Shown here: positions 9,011-19,032 of the stretch, one piece after another
How positions within the stretch are numbered: the stretch's first letter is position 1
How the letters are laid out: every line of letters begins with the position of its first letter
Source: Xanthomonas campestris pv. campestris str. ATCC 33913
GTDB taxonomy: Bacteria; Pseudomonadota; Gammaproteobacteria; Xanthomonadales; Xanthomonadaceae
Direction of reading: 5' to 3'
DNA: 32,000 bases
Assembly (NCBI RefSeq): GCF_000007145.1
Contig: NC_003902.1
Span: 1,957,436 to 1,989,435, forward strand
Position numbers and translations under genes: made by a program
The notes under the pieces: model-generated
Told to the model about the DNA's origin: nothing
The model's database searches: none
The model's input: only the letters and a program-made list of their open reading frames with translations

Positions 9011-9637
9011 ATGTTCTCGTTGCAGACCATCTTCGGTTCCGGCAAGCAGTTCTACGCGCTTCTGAACGAAGCGGCCGAGGCCGCCTACGACAGCACCAAG
9101 GCCTTGCACGCCATGATGCGCGAGTCCGACCGGCAACCCGCGTTGGACGCTTTCAAGCTGGCCCGTCTGCGCGAACGCGCTGCCTCCGACAAGATCGGCC
9201 AGGCGCTGGTGGACAGCTTCATGACCCCGATCGAGCGCGAAGACATCGAAGCGCTGGGCTCGGCGTTGTACAAGATTCCCAAGCAGGTCGAGAAGTTCGC
9301 CGACCGTTATTCGCTGGCCACCCAGCACCTGGAACACATCGATTTCGCCCCGCGCGCCTCGATGCTGGAGCAGGCCGCCGCGGTGGTGGTGGAAATGGTC
9401 ACCGACCTGCCGCGCATGAACATCGACCGCATGACCGCGCTCAACGACAAGCTGCGCATGCTGGAAAACGAAGCCGACCGTCTGATGCTCGAGCTGTACC
9501 GCGACATCTATTCCGGCCGCCTGGATACCCTGCAGATGTTCCTGCTCAAGGAGTTCTTCGAGATCCTGGAAAAGGCCATCGACCGTTGCCGCGAGGCCGG
9601 TGTGGTGGTGTACCAGATCGTGCTGAAGAACAGCTGA
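9011..9637 (+). CDS. DUF47-family (PhoU-like) putative phosphate transport regulator
   Basis: 208 aa. It is helical, with TPIEREDIEAL and ENEADRL motifs typical of the DUF47/YkaA family. It lies 9 nt upstream of a PiT transporter, which is the canonical pairing. Confidence 0.8.
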   Translation: MFSLQTIFGSGKQFYALLNEAAEAAYDSTKALHAMMRESDRQPALDAFKLARLRERAASDKIGQALVDSFMTPIEREDIEALGSALYKIPKQVEKFADRYSLATQHLEHIDFAPRASMLEQAAAVVVEMVTDLPRMNIDRMTALNDKLRMLENEADRLMLELYRDIYSGRLDTLQMFLLKEFFEILEKAIDRCREAGVVVYQIVLKNS

Positions 9638-9646
9638 GGTCGCCGC

Positions 9647-10774
9647 GTGCTTACCCTTGTTCTGGTGGTGATCCTGGCGGCGCTGGTGTTCGAGTTCATC
9701 AACGGCTTCCACGACACCGCCAACTCCATCGCTACCGTGGTAGCCACCAAGGTGCTCTCGCCCGGCTGGGCGGTGATGCTGGCGGCCGGCATGAACCTCA
9801 TCGGCGCGCTCACCGGCACCGCCGTGGCGCTCACCATCGCCTCGGGCCTGCTCAACACCAACGTGGTGGATGTCACTCCGCAGGTGATCCTGTGCGCGCT
9901 GCTGGGCGGCATCATCTGGAACCTGATCACCTGGTGGAAGGGGCTGCCGTCGTCGTCCTCGCACGCCTTGATCGGTGGGCTGTGCGGTGCCGGCCTGGCT
10001 GCCGCGCACAACAACTGGGATGCGCTGATCTGGTCGGAAAACATCGGCAACTGGGCCAAGAACAAGGGCCTGTTGTGGAAAGTGTTCGTGCCGATGATCA
10101 CCTCGCCGATCGCCGGCTTCCTGCTGGGCATCGTGGTGATGCTGCTGCTGTGGGCGTTGATCGCCGGCATGGCCAAGCTGGGCGGGCCGATCGGCCGGCT
10201 GGCGCGTCCGCGCTGGGTCAACGCGTTCTTCGGCAAGGCGCAGATCGCCTCGGCGGCCTACATGGGCTACGCGCACGGCCATAACGATGCGCAAAAGACC
10301 ATGGGCATCATCGCGATGACCCTGATCGGCGCGCAGTCGGCCGGTGCGCTGGACGATCTGCCGAGCTGGCTGTCGTTTCTGCATCCGGGCACCGGGCTGG
10401 CCGCGGGTGCCGGCATTCCGATGTGGATCGTGCTGACCTGCGCAGTGGTGATGGCTGCCGGCACCGCTTCGGGCGGCTGGAAGATCATCAAGACGCTCGG
10501 CCACAAGATGGTCAAGTTGCACCCCATCCACGGCTTTGCGGCGGAAACCAGCTCGGCGACCGTGCTCACCGTGGCCGCGCATTTCGGCATGCCGGTATCG
10601 ACCACGCACAGCATTTCCACTGCGATCATGGGCGTGGGCTTTGCCAAGAATCCGCGCTCGCTGCGGCTGGGCGTGATCGAACGCATCGTCTGGGCCTGGA
10701 TCCTCACCATCCCGGCTGCCGGTGGCGTGGCGTATCTGATCCTGCGCGGGTTCGAACTGTTCGGCTGGACCTGA
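9647..10774 (+). CDS. Inorganic phosphate transporter, PiT family
   Basis: 375 aa with a GTG start. The PiT signature GFHDTANSIAT is near the N-terminus. A second signature, HGHNDAQKTMGII, lies in the second half. The protein has multiple TM segments. Confidence 0.9.
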   Translation: MLTLVLVVILAALVFEFINGFHDTANSIATVVATKVLSPGWAVMLAAGMNLIGALTGTAVALTIASGLLNTNVVDVTPQVILCALLGGIIWNLITWWKGLPSSSSHALIGGLCGAGLAAAHNNWDALIWSENIGNWAKNKGLLWKVFVPMITSPIAGFLLGIVVMLLLWALIAGMAKLGGPIGRLARPRWVNAFFGKAQIASAAYMGYAHGHNDAQKTMGIIAMTLIGAQSAGALDDLPSWLSFLHPGTGLAAGAGIPMWIVLTCAVVMAAGTASGGWKIIKTLGHKMVKLHPIHGFAAETSSATVLTVAAHFGMPVSTTHSISTAIMGVGFAKNPRSLRLGVIERIVWAWILTIPAAGGVAYLILRGFELFGWT

Positions 10775-10991
10775 GGTCTGTCGCGCGGCGGTCATCTGCA
10801 TCGTCGACGATGCGCCGCCCCGCGCGGCGATGTCCGACGCTTGGGCGGATGCTGTCAGTAGTCCACGCATGAGGCATGCTGGCCGGGGGATGGGTGCGGC
10901 ATACGCGCTGCTGTCAGGCGTCACGCGCCTGCGTCTGCGTCTGCGCGACGCAAACACCTGAGGTCCCGCTCTTGGCTGACGGAGACGCAAG

Positions 10992-11753
10992 ATGATGCTG
11001 TCGCTGGTCTGTGTGCTGTTCGGCTTTGCCTGGCTGATCGATCGGCTGGGCATGCGGCGCTTCTCGCGCCTGCTCGGCGCGCTGAGCCTGCTGCTGGTGC
11101 TGGCCGTGGGCTGCGGCCCGCTGCCGTCGTGGATGCTGCGCGACCTGCAGCGCACCGGCGCCAACGATTTCACTGACTGGGGCGCGCGCAACGCCATCGT
11201 GCTGCTTGGCGCGGGCACGGTGCGTTCCGACCGTGCGGGCGCGCCGGCCGAAGCAAACGTGTTCGCGTATGGCCGCATCGTCGAGGCGGCGCGCCTGTAC
11301 CGCGCCTGCGCCGCCACCGGCAACGATTGCAAGATCGAGATCAGCGGCGGCGATGCGCGCGGGCTCGGGCTGAGCGAAGCGGTGGTGTACCGGCGGGTGT
11401 TGCTGGGCTTGGGTGTGGAGGCCGGTGATCTGATTCTGGAGCCGGCCAGCATGACCACCTGGCAGAACGCGCAGTTCAGCCAGCCGCTGCTGCGCGCGTA
11501 CCGGCCGCAGCGCATCGTCTTGGTGTCCTCGGCCACGCACCTGCATCGTGCAGAGCTGTATTTCCTGCACTTCGGTATGCGCACCACGCCGGTCCGCTCG
11601 GATTGGTTGCGCGCCTCGTGGTCGCTGCTGCCGCAGAGCTACAACTTCACCCTGGCCGATGTGGCGCTGCACGAATACCTGGGCATCGCGCGTTACCGTG
11701 TCTACGAATGGCTGGGCTGGAACGTGGAGGCCACGCTGCCCGGTGCGCTGTGA
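10992..11753 (+). CDS. DUF218 (YdcF/ElyC/SanA-like) domain protein
   Basis: 253 aa. It has N-terminal TM segments. The DUF218 pattern follows: IVLLGAG...R..EAARLY......I.ISGGD...GLSEA.V....L...GV....LILEP.S..T..NA.FS...L. A GGAGA RBS lies 8 nt upstream of the start. Confidence 0.75.
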   Translation: MMLSLVCVLFGFAWLIDRLGMRRFSRLLGALSLLLVLAVGCGPLPSWMLRDLQRTGANDFTDWGARNAIVLLGAGTVRSDRAGAPAEANVFAYGRIVEAARLYRACAATGNDCKIEISGGDARGLGLSEAVVYRRVLLGLGVEAGDLILEPASMTTWQNAQFSQPLLRAYRPQRIVLVSSATHLHRAELYFLHFGMRTTPVRSDWLRASWSLLPQSYNFTLADVALHEYLGIARYRVYEWLGWNVEATLPGAL

Positions 11754-11807
11754 TCGCTGCAAGGCATTGCGCACTGTCGGCGACTGCTGCCGCCGGCAGG
11801 ACCAACC

Positions 11808-13313
11808 TCAGCGTGTCTCGTACATCGCCTTGACGTCGCTGCGGAACGCGGCCTGGCTGTCGGCGCGGTTGTAGAACATGTGGCCGCCCGGGTACTCGCG
11901 CACCTGCACGCGCTCATGGTCGCTGCCCATCGCCGGCATCTGGTCCACGGTGAGCACCGAACCCATGAACGGGCAGGAGAGGTCGTTCCAGCCGTGCGCG
12001 ATCAGCACGCGCAACTTCGGGTCGATCGCCACCGCCTGGCGCAATTGGGTCACCGCGCCCTTGCGCAGCTCATCGTCCCAGTCCCAGAGCTTGTTGACGT
12101 CGTAATTGAGCGCCTGGTAGCGCGCATCGATCTTCCAGCCCACCACGCGGGTCACGAAGTCCACCATCGCGGTGGTGGTGGGCGCGATGATGCTGTCCAG
12201 CAGTGGGTCGTTGGCGCGTTGCTCGGGGTCGTTGGGGAACGGGTCGAACGCGGTCACGTTGGAATCGTAACGGCTGCCCAACTCGCCTTTATCGCGGAAG
12301 ACTTCGCGCAGATACGCCTGGGTTTCCAGGCGCCCGCCGGAGCGCCGCACATAGGCCGGATCCAGTCCGGTCATGCGCGTGACCTGCTGCAGCATCGCCT
12401 CGCTGGCCTGCGGGTCGGTGCGTCCTTTCATCAGTGCCACCGCGTAGTCGCCGCGCGTGTAGTCGATGACCTGGCGCATCGCCGCATCGGTGAGCTGGCC
12501 CTGGCGTTCCAGGTGCGCGGCGGCGATGGAGGGCAACGTCATCATCCAGGCCAGCGGCGACACATCGCTGTTATCGTCCAGGGTCGGGTTGAGGTACGGC
12601 GACACCAGCACCACGCCATTCATCGCCACGCCCAGGCGGGTCTGCAGGTAGTGGGTGATGCGTGGGCCGCGGAAGCCGCCGTAGCTTTCGCCCACCAGGT
12701 ATTTGCGTGCCTGCAGGCGGCGATTCTTGAGCAGCCAGTCGTAGACCACGCGCGAAAGATATTCGACGTCGGCCTGCGGGTTGTAGAACTGCTTCTTGGC
12801 CTCGTCGTCACTGATCAAAGAGCGGCTGAAGCCGGTGCCGATCGGGTCGATGAACACCAGGTCGGTGAAGTCCAACCAGGTGCCGGGATTGTCGCGAAGC
12901 GCGGCCGGTGCCGAGGCGCTGTTGCCTTCGGCGCCAAATGCCACCACCTTTGGCCCGATCGCGCCCATGTTGAGATACACCGATGAAGCACCCGGGCCGC
13001 CATTCAACGCAAAGGTGACCGGGCGGTCCTTGCCGTCGACGGTGTAGGCGGTGAAGACCACCTCGCCGGTGGTCTTGCCCTGCGCATCGCGGACCGGCAG
13101 GGTGCCGACGGTGGCGGTGTAGTTCAGTGAGCGCCCGGCCACGCGGGTGCTCTGGCGCACGCTGGCATCGGCAGGCAACGGCGCCGGTTTGGCAGCGGGT
13201 GCATCGGCGGCGGGGTCGGTCTTTTTGTCTGCCGGCACGGCCGCCAGGGCCGGCCCGCCCAACAGAAGAAGCGTCAGCACGCTGGCGCGCAGGAAAGAAG
13301 GCATGGTGGTCAA
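11808..13313 (-). CDS. Secreted peptidase S10 (serine carboxypeptidase) family protein
   Basis: 501 aa. The N-terminal signal-like sequence is MTTMPSFLRASVLTLLLLGGPALAA. It carries the S10 hallmarks LNGGPGASS and the nucleophile motif GESYGG, plus a late HGWNDLSCP / GGHMF region consistent with the Asp and His of the triad. Confidence 0.8.
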   Translation of the reverse strand: MTTMPSFLRASVLTLLLLGGPALAAVPADKKTDPAADAPAAKPAPLPADASVRQSTRVAGRSLNYTATVGTLPVRDAQGKTTGEVVFTAYTVDGKDRPVTFALNGGPGASSVYLNMGAIGPKVVAFGAEGNSASAPAALRDNPGTWLDFTDLVFIDPIGTGFSRSLISDDEAKKQFYNPQADVEYLSRVVYDWLLKNRRLQARKYLVGESYGGFRGPRITHYLQTRLGVAMNGVVLVSPYLNPTLDDNSDVSPLAWMMTLPSIAAAHLERQGQLTDAAMRQVIDYTRGDYAVALMKGRTDPQASEAMLQQVTRMTGLDPAYVRRSGGRLETQAYLREVFRDKGELGSRYDSNVTAFDPFPNDPEQRANDPLLDSIIAPTTTAMVDFVTRVVGWKIDARYQALNYDVNKLWDWDDELRKGAVTQLRQAVAIDPKLRVLIAHGWNDLSCPFMGSVLTVDQMPAMGSDHERVQVREYPGGHMFYNRADSQAAFRSDVKAMYETR

Positions 13314-13446
13314 CGGCGATGAGGGAGCGACGATCCTAGGCGCCTGCGATCGCTATTGGATGTGCCCAAAGGCATGGCAGGACGCGCTGACCGAAGCGGC
13401 GCGGCTGGTTATGATGGCGCGCCGCAGGCGCTGGTTGAAGACGAAC

Positions 13447-14232
13447 ATGCGTTGCCGTGTTGCCCAATTCCTTGCTGTCGCGCTGTCGGTGGCCGGCTGC
13501 GCCTCGCCGCCGCCGGTGCGGCATGCCAGCGATCCGGATGCGCTGTGGCGCATCGTCACCACGCACTGCCTGCAGGCCGGGCCGGTGCCGGACGATTGCG
13601 CCGCGGTGTGGCCTGATCCGCAGCGGCAGGCGGTGGTACTGAAGGACAACCACGGCCGCTTCCAATACCTGCTGGTGCCCAGCGTGCGTGTCAGCGGGAT
13701 CGAAGATCCCTCGCTATTGCAGGCCGATGCGCCCAACTATTTCGCCAGCGCATGGTCGGCGCGCAGCTTCGTTGCATCCGCGCTGGCGCAGCCGTTGCCG
13801 CGCGCCTATGTGAGCCTGGCGCTCAACTCGCCGTACGGGCGCTCGCAGGAGCAGCTGCACATCCACATCGATTGCCTGCGCCCGGACGTCTATGCCGCCC
13901 TGCAGCGAGAGCATGCGCAGATCGGCCCGCAATGGCGTGCGTTGGCCGAGCCCTTGCTGGGCCATGTGTATCTGGCCAGGACGCTGCCGGGCGATACGCT
14001 CAACGAGGATCCGATTCGCCTGCTCGCCAGCGCCATTCCTGCCGATGCGAGCCTGCGCGATTACTCGCTGGTGGTGGCGGGCGCGCAGTTGGACGAAGGG
14101 CAGCCGGGCTTCGTGTTGCTGGCGACGCGGCAGGATGCGGCCACCGGCAATCGGGCCAGTGGCGAAGAATTGCAGGACCACGCCTGTGGCCTGGTCACCG
14201 GCGCCCGCAAGGTGTTGCCGGGTGTGCGCTGA
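13447..14232 (+). CDS. cdh: CDP-diacylglycerol diphosphatase (pyrophosphatase)
   Basis: It matches E. coli Cdh well: VVLKDNHGRFQYLLVPSVRVSGIEDPSLL....PNYFASAW.AR.F........P...VSLALNS..GRSQEQLHIHIDCLRPDV. ATG 13447 gives a lipoprotein-type signal, MRCRVAQFLAVALSVAGC. An alternative longer start is ATG 13411. Confidence 0.8.
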   Translation: MRCRVAQFLAVALSVAGCASPPPVRHASDPDALWRIVTTHCLQAGPVPDDCAAVWPDPQRQAVVLKDNHGRFQYLLVPSVRVSGIEDPSLLQADAPNYFASAWSARSFVASALAQPLPRAYVSLALNSPYGRSQEQLHIHIDCLRPDVYAALQREHAQIGPQWRALAEPLLGHVYLARTLPGDTLNEDPIRLLASAIPADASLRDYSLVVAGAQLDEGQPGFVLLATRQDAATGNRASGEELQDHACGLVTGARKVLPGVR

Positions 14233-14439
14233 GTGATGCGGGAGCGCGTGGCTCGCGATGCGTGCTGAAGCGATTGCTGCTGCGCGCTGTTTGATGACGC
14301 GCGCATCGGGATCCAGTGAAGCGTCAGGTGTTTGAACGCTCTACAAACACATGCGTCACACGCTGCTGCGATCCGAGCTCCACTCGGCCCCTGCATGCAG
14401 CGCGCTCATTCCAGAGCACGCTCACTTCCGCGCGAAGAG

Positions 14440-14475
14440 ATGCCTTCTCGCCGCTGCAACGAGCAGCGAGAAGGC
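14440..14475. terminator. GC-rich hairpin in the convergent cdh / parE spacer (possible terminator)
   Basis: tgccttctcgccgctgc (14440-14456) pairs with gcagcgagaaggca (14462-14475) around the loop aacga, with a 3-nt bulge. It lies 21 nt beyond the parE stop. Neither strand has a clear U-tract, so its function is uncertain. Confidence 0.4.
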
Positions 14476-14495
14476 AGTTCCGAATCGCCGCGTCC

Positions 14496-16385
14496 TTAGA
14501 CTTCCAGCGACGCCAGATCGCCCTTGGTTTCCAGCCACTGCTTGCGGTCGCCCGCGCGCTTTTTGGCCAGCAGCATGTCCATCAACGAGCGGGTCTGTTC
14601 GCCGTCGTCGATCGTCAGCTGCACCAGGCGGCGCGTGTCGGGGTGGATGGTCGATTCGCGTAACTGCTGCGGATTCATCTCGCCCAGGCCCTTGAAGCGG
14701 GTGACGCTGATTTGTCCCTTCATCTTCTCGCGCGCGATCTTGTCCAGCAGCGTGGTCTTTTCTTCCTCGTCCAGCGCATAGAACACCTGCTTGCCCACGT
14801 CCACGCGGAACAGTGGCGGCATCGCCACGAACACGTGGCCGGCGGCCACCAGCGCGGGGAAGTGCTGCAGGAACAGCGCGGTGAGCAGGGTGGCGATATG
14901 CAGGCCATCGGAGTCGGCGTCGGCCAGGATCACCACCTTGCCGTAGCGCAGCCCGGTGATGTCGTCCTTGCCCGGGTCGCAGCCAATCGCAATGGCCAGG
15001 TTATGCACTTCCTCGGACGCCAGCACGCTGCCGGACGCCACTTCCCAGGTGTTGAGGATCTTGCCGCGCAGCGGCAGGATCGCCTGGAAATCCTTGTCGC
15101 GTGCCTGCTTGGCCGAGCCGCCAGCGGAGTCGCCCTCCACCAGGAACAACTCGGTCCGCGACAGGTCCTGGCTGATGCAGTCGGCCAGCTTGCCGGGCAG
15201 GGCAGGGCCCTGGGTGACCTTCTTGCGGACGATCTGCTTTTCGGTCTTCAAGCGCGCACTGGCGCGGTCGATGGCGATCTGCGCGATCTTCTCGCCGATC
15301 TCCACGTTCTGATTGAGATATAGGCTGAAGGCATCGTGCGCGGCGCCTTCGATAAAGCCGGCGGCCTGGCGCGACGACAGCCGTTCCTTGGTCTGCCCGG
15401 AGAATTGCGGGTCGGTCATCTTCAGGCTGAGCACGAAGGTGACCCGGTCCCACACGTCTTCCGGCGCCAGCTTCACGCCGCGCGGCAGCAGGTTGCGGAA
15501 GTCGCAGAACTCGCGCAACGCATCGGTCAAGCCCGAGCGCAGGCCGTTGACGTGGGTGCCGTGCTGCGCGGTGGGGATCAGGTTGACGTAGCTTTCCTGG
15601 GTCAGCTCGCCTTCCGGCACCCACGCGGCCGCCCAATCGACGATCTCGGTGTCCTTCTTGAGGCTGCCGGCAAACAGATCTGCAGGCAGCAGCTCGCGGT
15701 CGGCCATTTCGCCCTTGAGGTAGTCGCGCAGACCGTCCTCGAAGTACCAGCTGTCCTGCTCGCCGGTGGCCTCGTCGTGCAGCTTCACGGTCAGGCCGGG
15801 GCATAGCACGGCCTTGGCGCGCAGCAGATGGCGCAGCGCGCGCACGTTGAACTTGGGCGTGTCGAAGTACTTCGGGTCGGCCCAGAAACGCAGCCGCGTG
15901 CCGGTGTTCTTCTTGCCGACCGTGCCCACCACTTCCAGCTTGGAGGCGGCGTTGCCGTCGCGGAACTCCATGCGGTGCTCGCTGCCTTCGCGCTTGATGA
16001 ACAGCTCGACCTTGGTCGACAGCGCATTGACCACGCTCACACCCACGCCATGCAGGCCGCCAGAGAAGGTGTAGTTGCGATTGCTGAACTTGCCGCCGGC
16101 ATGCAGGCGGGTGAGGATCAGCTCCACGCCGGGGATCTTCTCCTCCGGGTGCATGTCCACGGGCATGCCGCGGCCATCGTCGGAGACCTCGCAGCTGCCA
16201 TCCTTGTACAGGGTCACTTCGACCTGCTTGGCGTGGCCGGCCAACGCCTCGTCCACCGAGTTGTCGATGACTTCCTGCGCCAGATGGTTCGGGCGCGCGG
16301 TGTCGGTATACATGCCAGGGCGGCGCTTGACCGGGTCAAGGCCCGACAGGACTTCAATATCGGCGGCGTTATAACGGGTGTTCAT
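14496..16385 (-). CDS. parE: DNA topoisomerase IV subunit B
   Basis: From ATG 16385: MNTRYNAADIEVLSGLDPVKRRPGMYTDTARPNHLAQEVIDNSVDEALAGHAK...LHAGGKFSNRNYTFSGGLHGVG...EGDSAGGSAKQARD...PLRGKILN. This is near-colinear with E. coli ParE. The length of 629 aa lacks the GyrB-specific insertion. The track ORF start at 16517 is an upstream over-extension. Confidence 0.95.
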   Translation of the reverse strand: MNTRYNAADIEVLSGLDPVKRRPGMYTDTARPNHLAQEVIDNSVDEALAGHAKQVEVTLYKDGSCEVSDDGRGMPVDMHPEEKIPGVELILTRLHAGGKFSNRNYTFSGGLHGVGVSVVNALSTKVELFIKREGSEHRMEFRDGNAASKLEVVGTVGKKNTGTRLRFWADPKYFDTPKFNVRALRHLLRAKAVLCPGLTVKLHDEATGEQDSWYFEDGLRDYLKGEMADRELLPADLFAGSLKKDTEIVDWAAAWVPEGELTQESYVNLIPTAQHGTHVNGLRSGLTDALREFCDFRNLLPRGVKLAPEDVWDRVTFVLSLKMTDPQFSGQTKERLSSRQAAGFIEGAAHDAFSLYLNQNVEIGEKIAQIAIDRASARLKTEKQIVRKKVTQGPALPGKLADCISQDLSRTELFLVEGDSAGGSAKQARDKDFQAILPLRGKILNTWEVASGSVLASEEVHNLAIAIGCDPGKDDITGLRYGKVVILADADSDGLHIATLLTALFLQHFPALVAAGHVFVAMPPLFRVDVGKQVFYALDEEEKTTLLDKIAREKMKGQISVTRFKGLGEMNPQQLRESTIHPDTRRLVQLTIDDGEQTRSLMDMLLAKKRAGDRKQWLETKGDLASLEV

Positions 16386-16548
16386 GCATCTCGTTGGCAC
16401 GTGAAACGACGCGCAAGTGTGGGGTCTGGGGCGATTTTTTGCACGCGACCGGCGTTCAGTGCCCGGCCGGGCGCCGCTGACTATGCTGGCGTTGGATTCG
16501 GAACCAAACGTCCCCACCTTAGGATGTCACCGAACCAGGAGCAGACCC

Positions 16549-16788
16549 ATGAAGTTCAAGCACATTCTGATGCTCACCCTGGGTGCCGCCGCGGTTGCAG
16601 CACTGCCGGCCATTGCGCAGACCGCTCCGCCACAGGGGCAGGGCGCCAGCGCGCAGAAGGCCAATGACGACAAGGCCAAGACCGAGGCCGAGCGCAAGGC
16701 CGAGCGCCGCGCCGCTGCTGCCAAGGCCAAGCCGGAAGCAGGCCAGGCCCCGCGCGAAGAAGAGGAAGAAGAGAAGCCGTCGCGCTGA
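16549..16788 (+). CDS. Small secreted, highly charged Ala/Lys/Glu-rich protein (hypothetical)
   Basis: 79 aa: MKFKHILMLTLGAAAVAALPAIAQ (signal peptide-like) followed by TAPPQGQGASAQKANDDKAKTEAERKAERRAAAAKAKPEAGQAPREEEEEEKPSR. An AGGAG RBS lies 8 nt upstream. GC3 bias is good, and a strong terminator hairpin follows directly. Confidence 0.6.
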   Translation: MKFKHILMLTLGAAAVAALPAIAQTAPPQGQGASAQKANDDKAKTEAERKAERRAAAAKAKPEAGQAPREEEEEEKPSR

Positions 16789-16808
16789 GGACAGCGCAGG
16801 TTTCGCCC

Positions 16809-16840
16809 GCAGACGCCCCGGCTCCGGCCGGGGCGTCTGC
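16809..16840 (+). terminator. Stem-loop terminator candidate after the small secreted-protein gene
   Basis: A perfect 14-bp stem, gcagacgccccggc / gccggggcgtctgc, with the 4-nt loop tccg. It is followed by attt. Confidence 0.6.
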
Positions 16841-16924
16841 ATTTGCACGGTGTGCGTGCATCCAGTGGCGTCACGGACGCCTGGAGTGCACGCAACCCTT
16901 GGGCATTCGCCCGTCACCCGTTAA

Positions 16925-18619
<1,695 letters not shown>

Positions 18620-19024
18620 TCCACGCCTTCTCCCGTTGGGAGAAGGTGGTCCGTAGATGTGGATGATGGGGCGCGGCAACACACTGGAAGGTGGCAGCCA
18701 TGACGAACGCGTCGACGCGGAAGCCAAGGCAGACCATGTTGCTTTAGCAATGCTTCGCAACCATACCCTCACCCCAACCCCTCTCCCGGTGGGAGAGGGG
18801 CTCAAATCAAAAAGCGCGCGGCAGCTCCCTTCTCCCTATCGGAAGAAGGTGGCGCGAAGCGCCGGATGAGGGGCGCCGCAACACACCCGAAGATGGCGGC
18901 CCTGATGAACGCGTCGCCACGCGCCAACCAACGCAAACCACCCGGCTTCATAAGCGCTTGGTGTCCTTATTCTTACCCTCACCCCAACCCCTCTCCCGGT
19001 GGGAGAGAGGCTTCAATCAACAAG
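18620..19024. repeat. Two tandem, diverged copies of a composite palindromic (REP/MITE-like) element of about 205-210 bp, filling the pyrG-kdsA spacer
   Basis: Each unit starts with a hairpin: ccttctccc-gtt-gggagaagg at 18626-18646, and a degenerate copy cccttctccctatcggaagaagg from 18828. Next comes tgg..ggatga(t/g)ggggcgc(g/c)gcaacaca, then a homologous core (atgacgaacgcgtcgacgcg versus ctgatgaacgcgtcgccacgcg). Each unit ends with taccctcaccccaacccctctcccggtgggagagXggctXXaatcaa, at 18764-18810 and 18974-19020. These two ends differ at 3 positions and are offset by 210 bp. Copy 1 includes the perfect 10-bp hairpin cccctctccc-ggt-gggagagggg (18778-18800). Confidence 0.8.
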
Positions 19025-19032
19025 GTGACCTG

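Noticed and set aside
10785-10830. Palindrome gcatcgtcgacgatgc (10798-10813) with flanking ggcgg/gccgcc pairing and a direct repeat cgcgcggcg (10782-10790 and 10821-10829) after the PiT gene
   Set aside because: It may be a terminator. However, the central palindrome has no loop, the flanking stem needs a 5-nt bulge, and no T-tract follows. That is insufficient to annotate it.
8957-11587. 876-aa minus-strand ORF, the longest in the track
   Set aside because: It lies antisense to three well-supported plus-strand genes (DUF47, PiT, DUF218). Its translation is Arg/Gly/Ala/His/Gln-rich low-complexity with no motifs. This is the typical stop-free antisense frame of GC-rich DNA.
14316-14695. ORFs 14316-14663 and 14351-14695 in the cdh-parE spacer
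   Set aside because: Both run antisense into the 3' end of parE, lack an RBS and have junk composition. The spacer is better explained by hairpin elements.
18657-18869. 70-aa ORF (…[17 protein letters not shown]…) and the 18958-19032 extension of kdsA (…[12 protein letters not shown]…)
   Set aside because: Both are translations of the palindromic repeat modules. The same peptide-like strings arise from each repeat copy in different frames or strands, so they are not coding.
18620-19024. Possible CRISPR array in the pyrG-kdsA spacer
   Set aside because: There are only two units with a period of about 210 bp. The sequences between the conserved ends are homologous to each other rather than unique spacers, and no cas genes are present.
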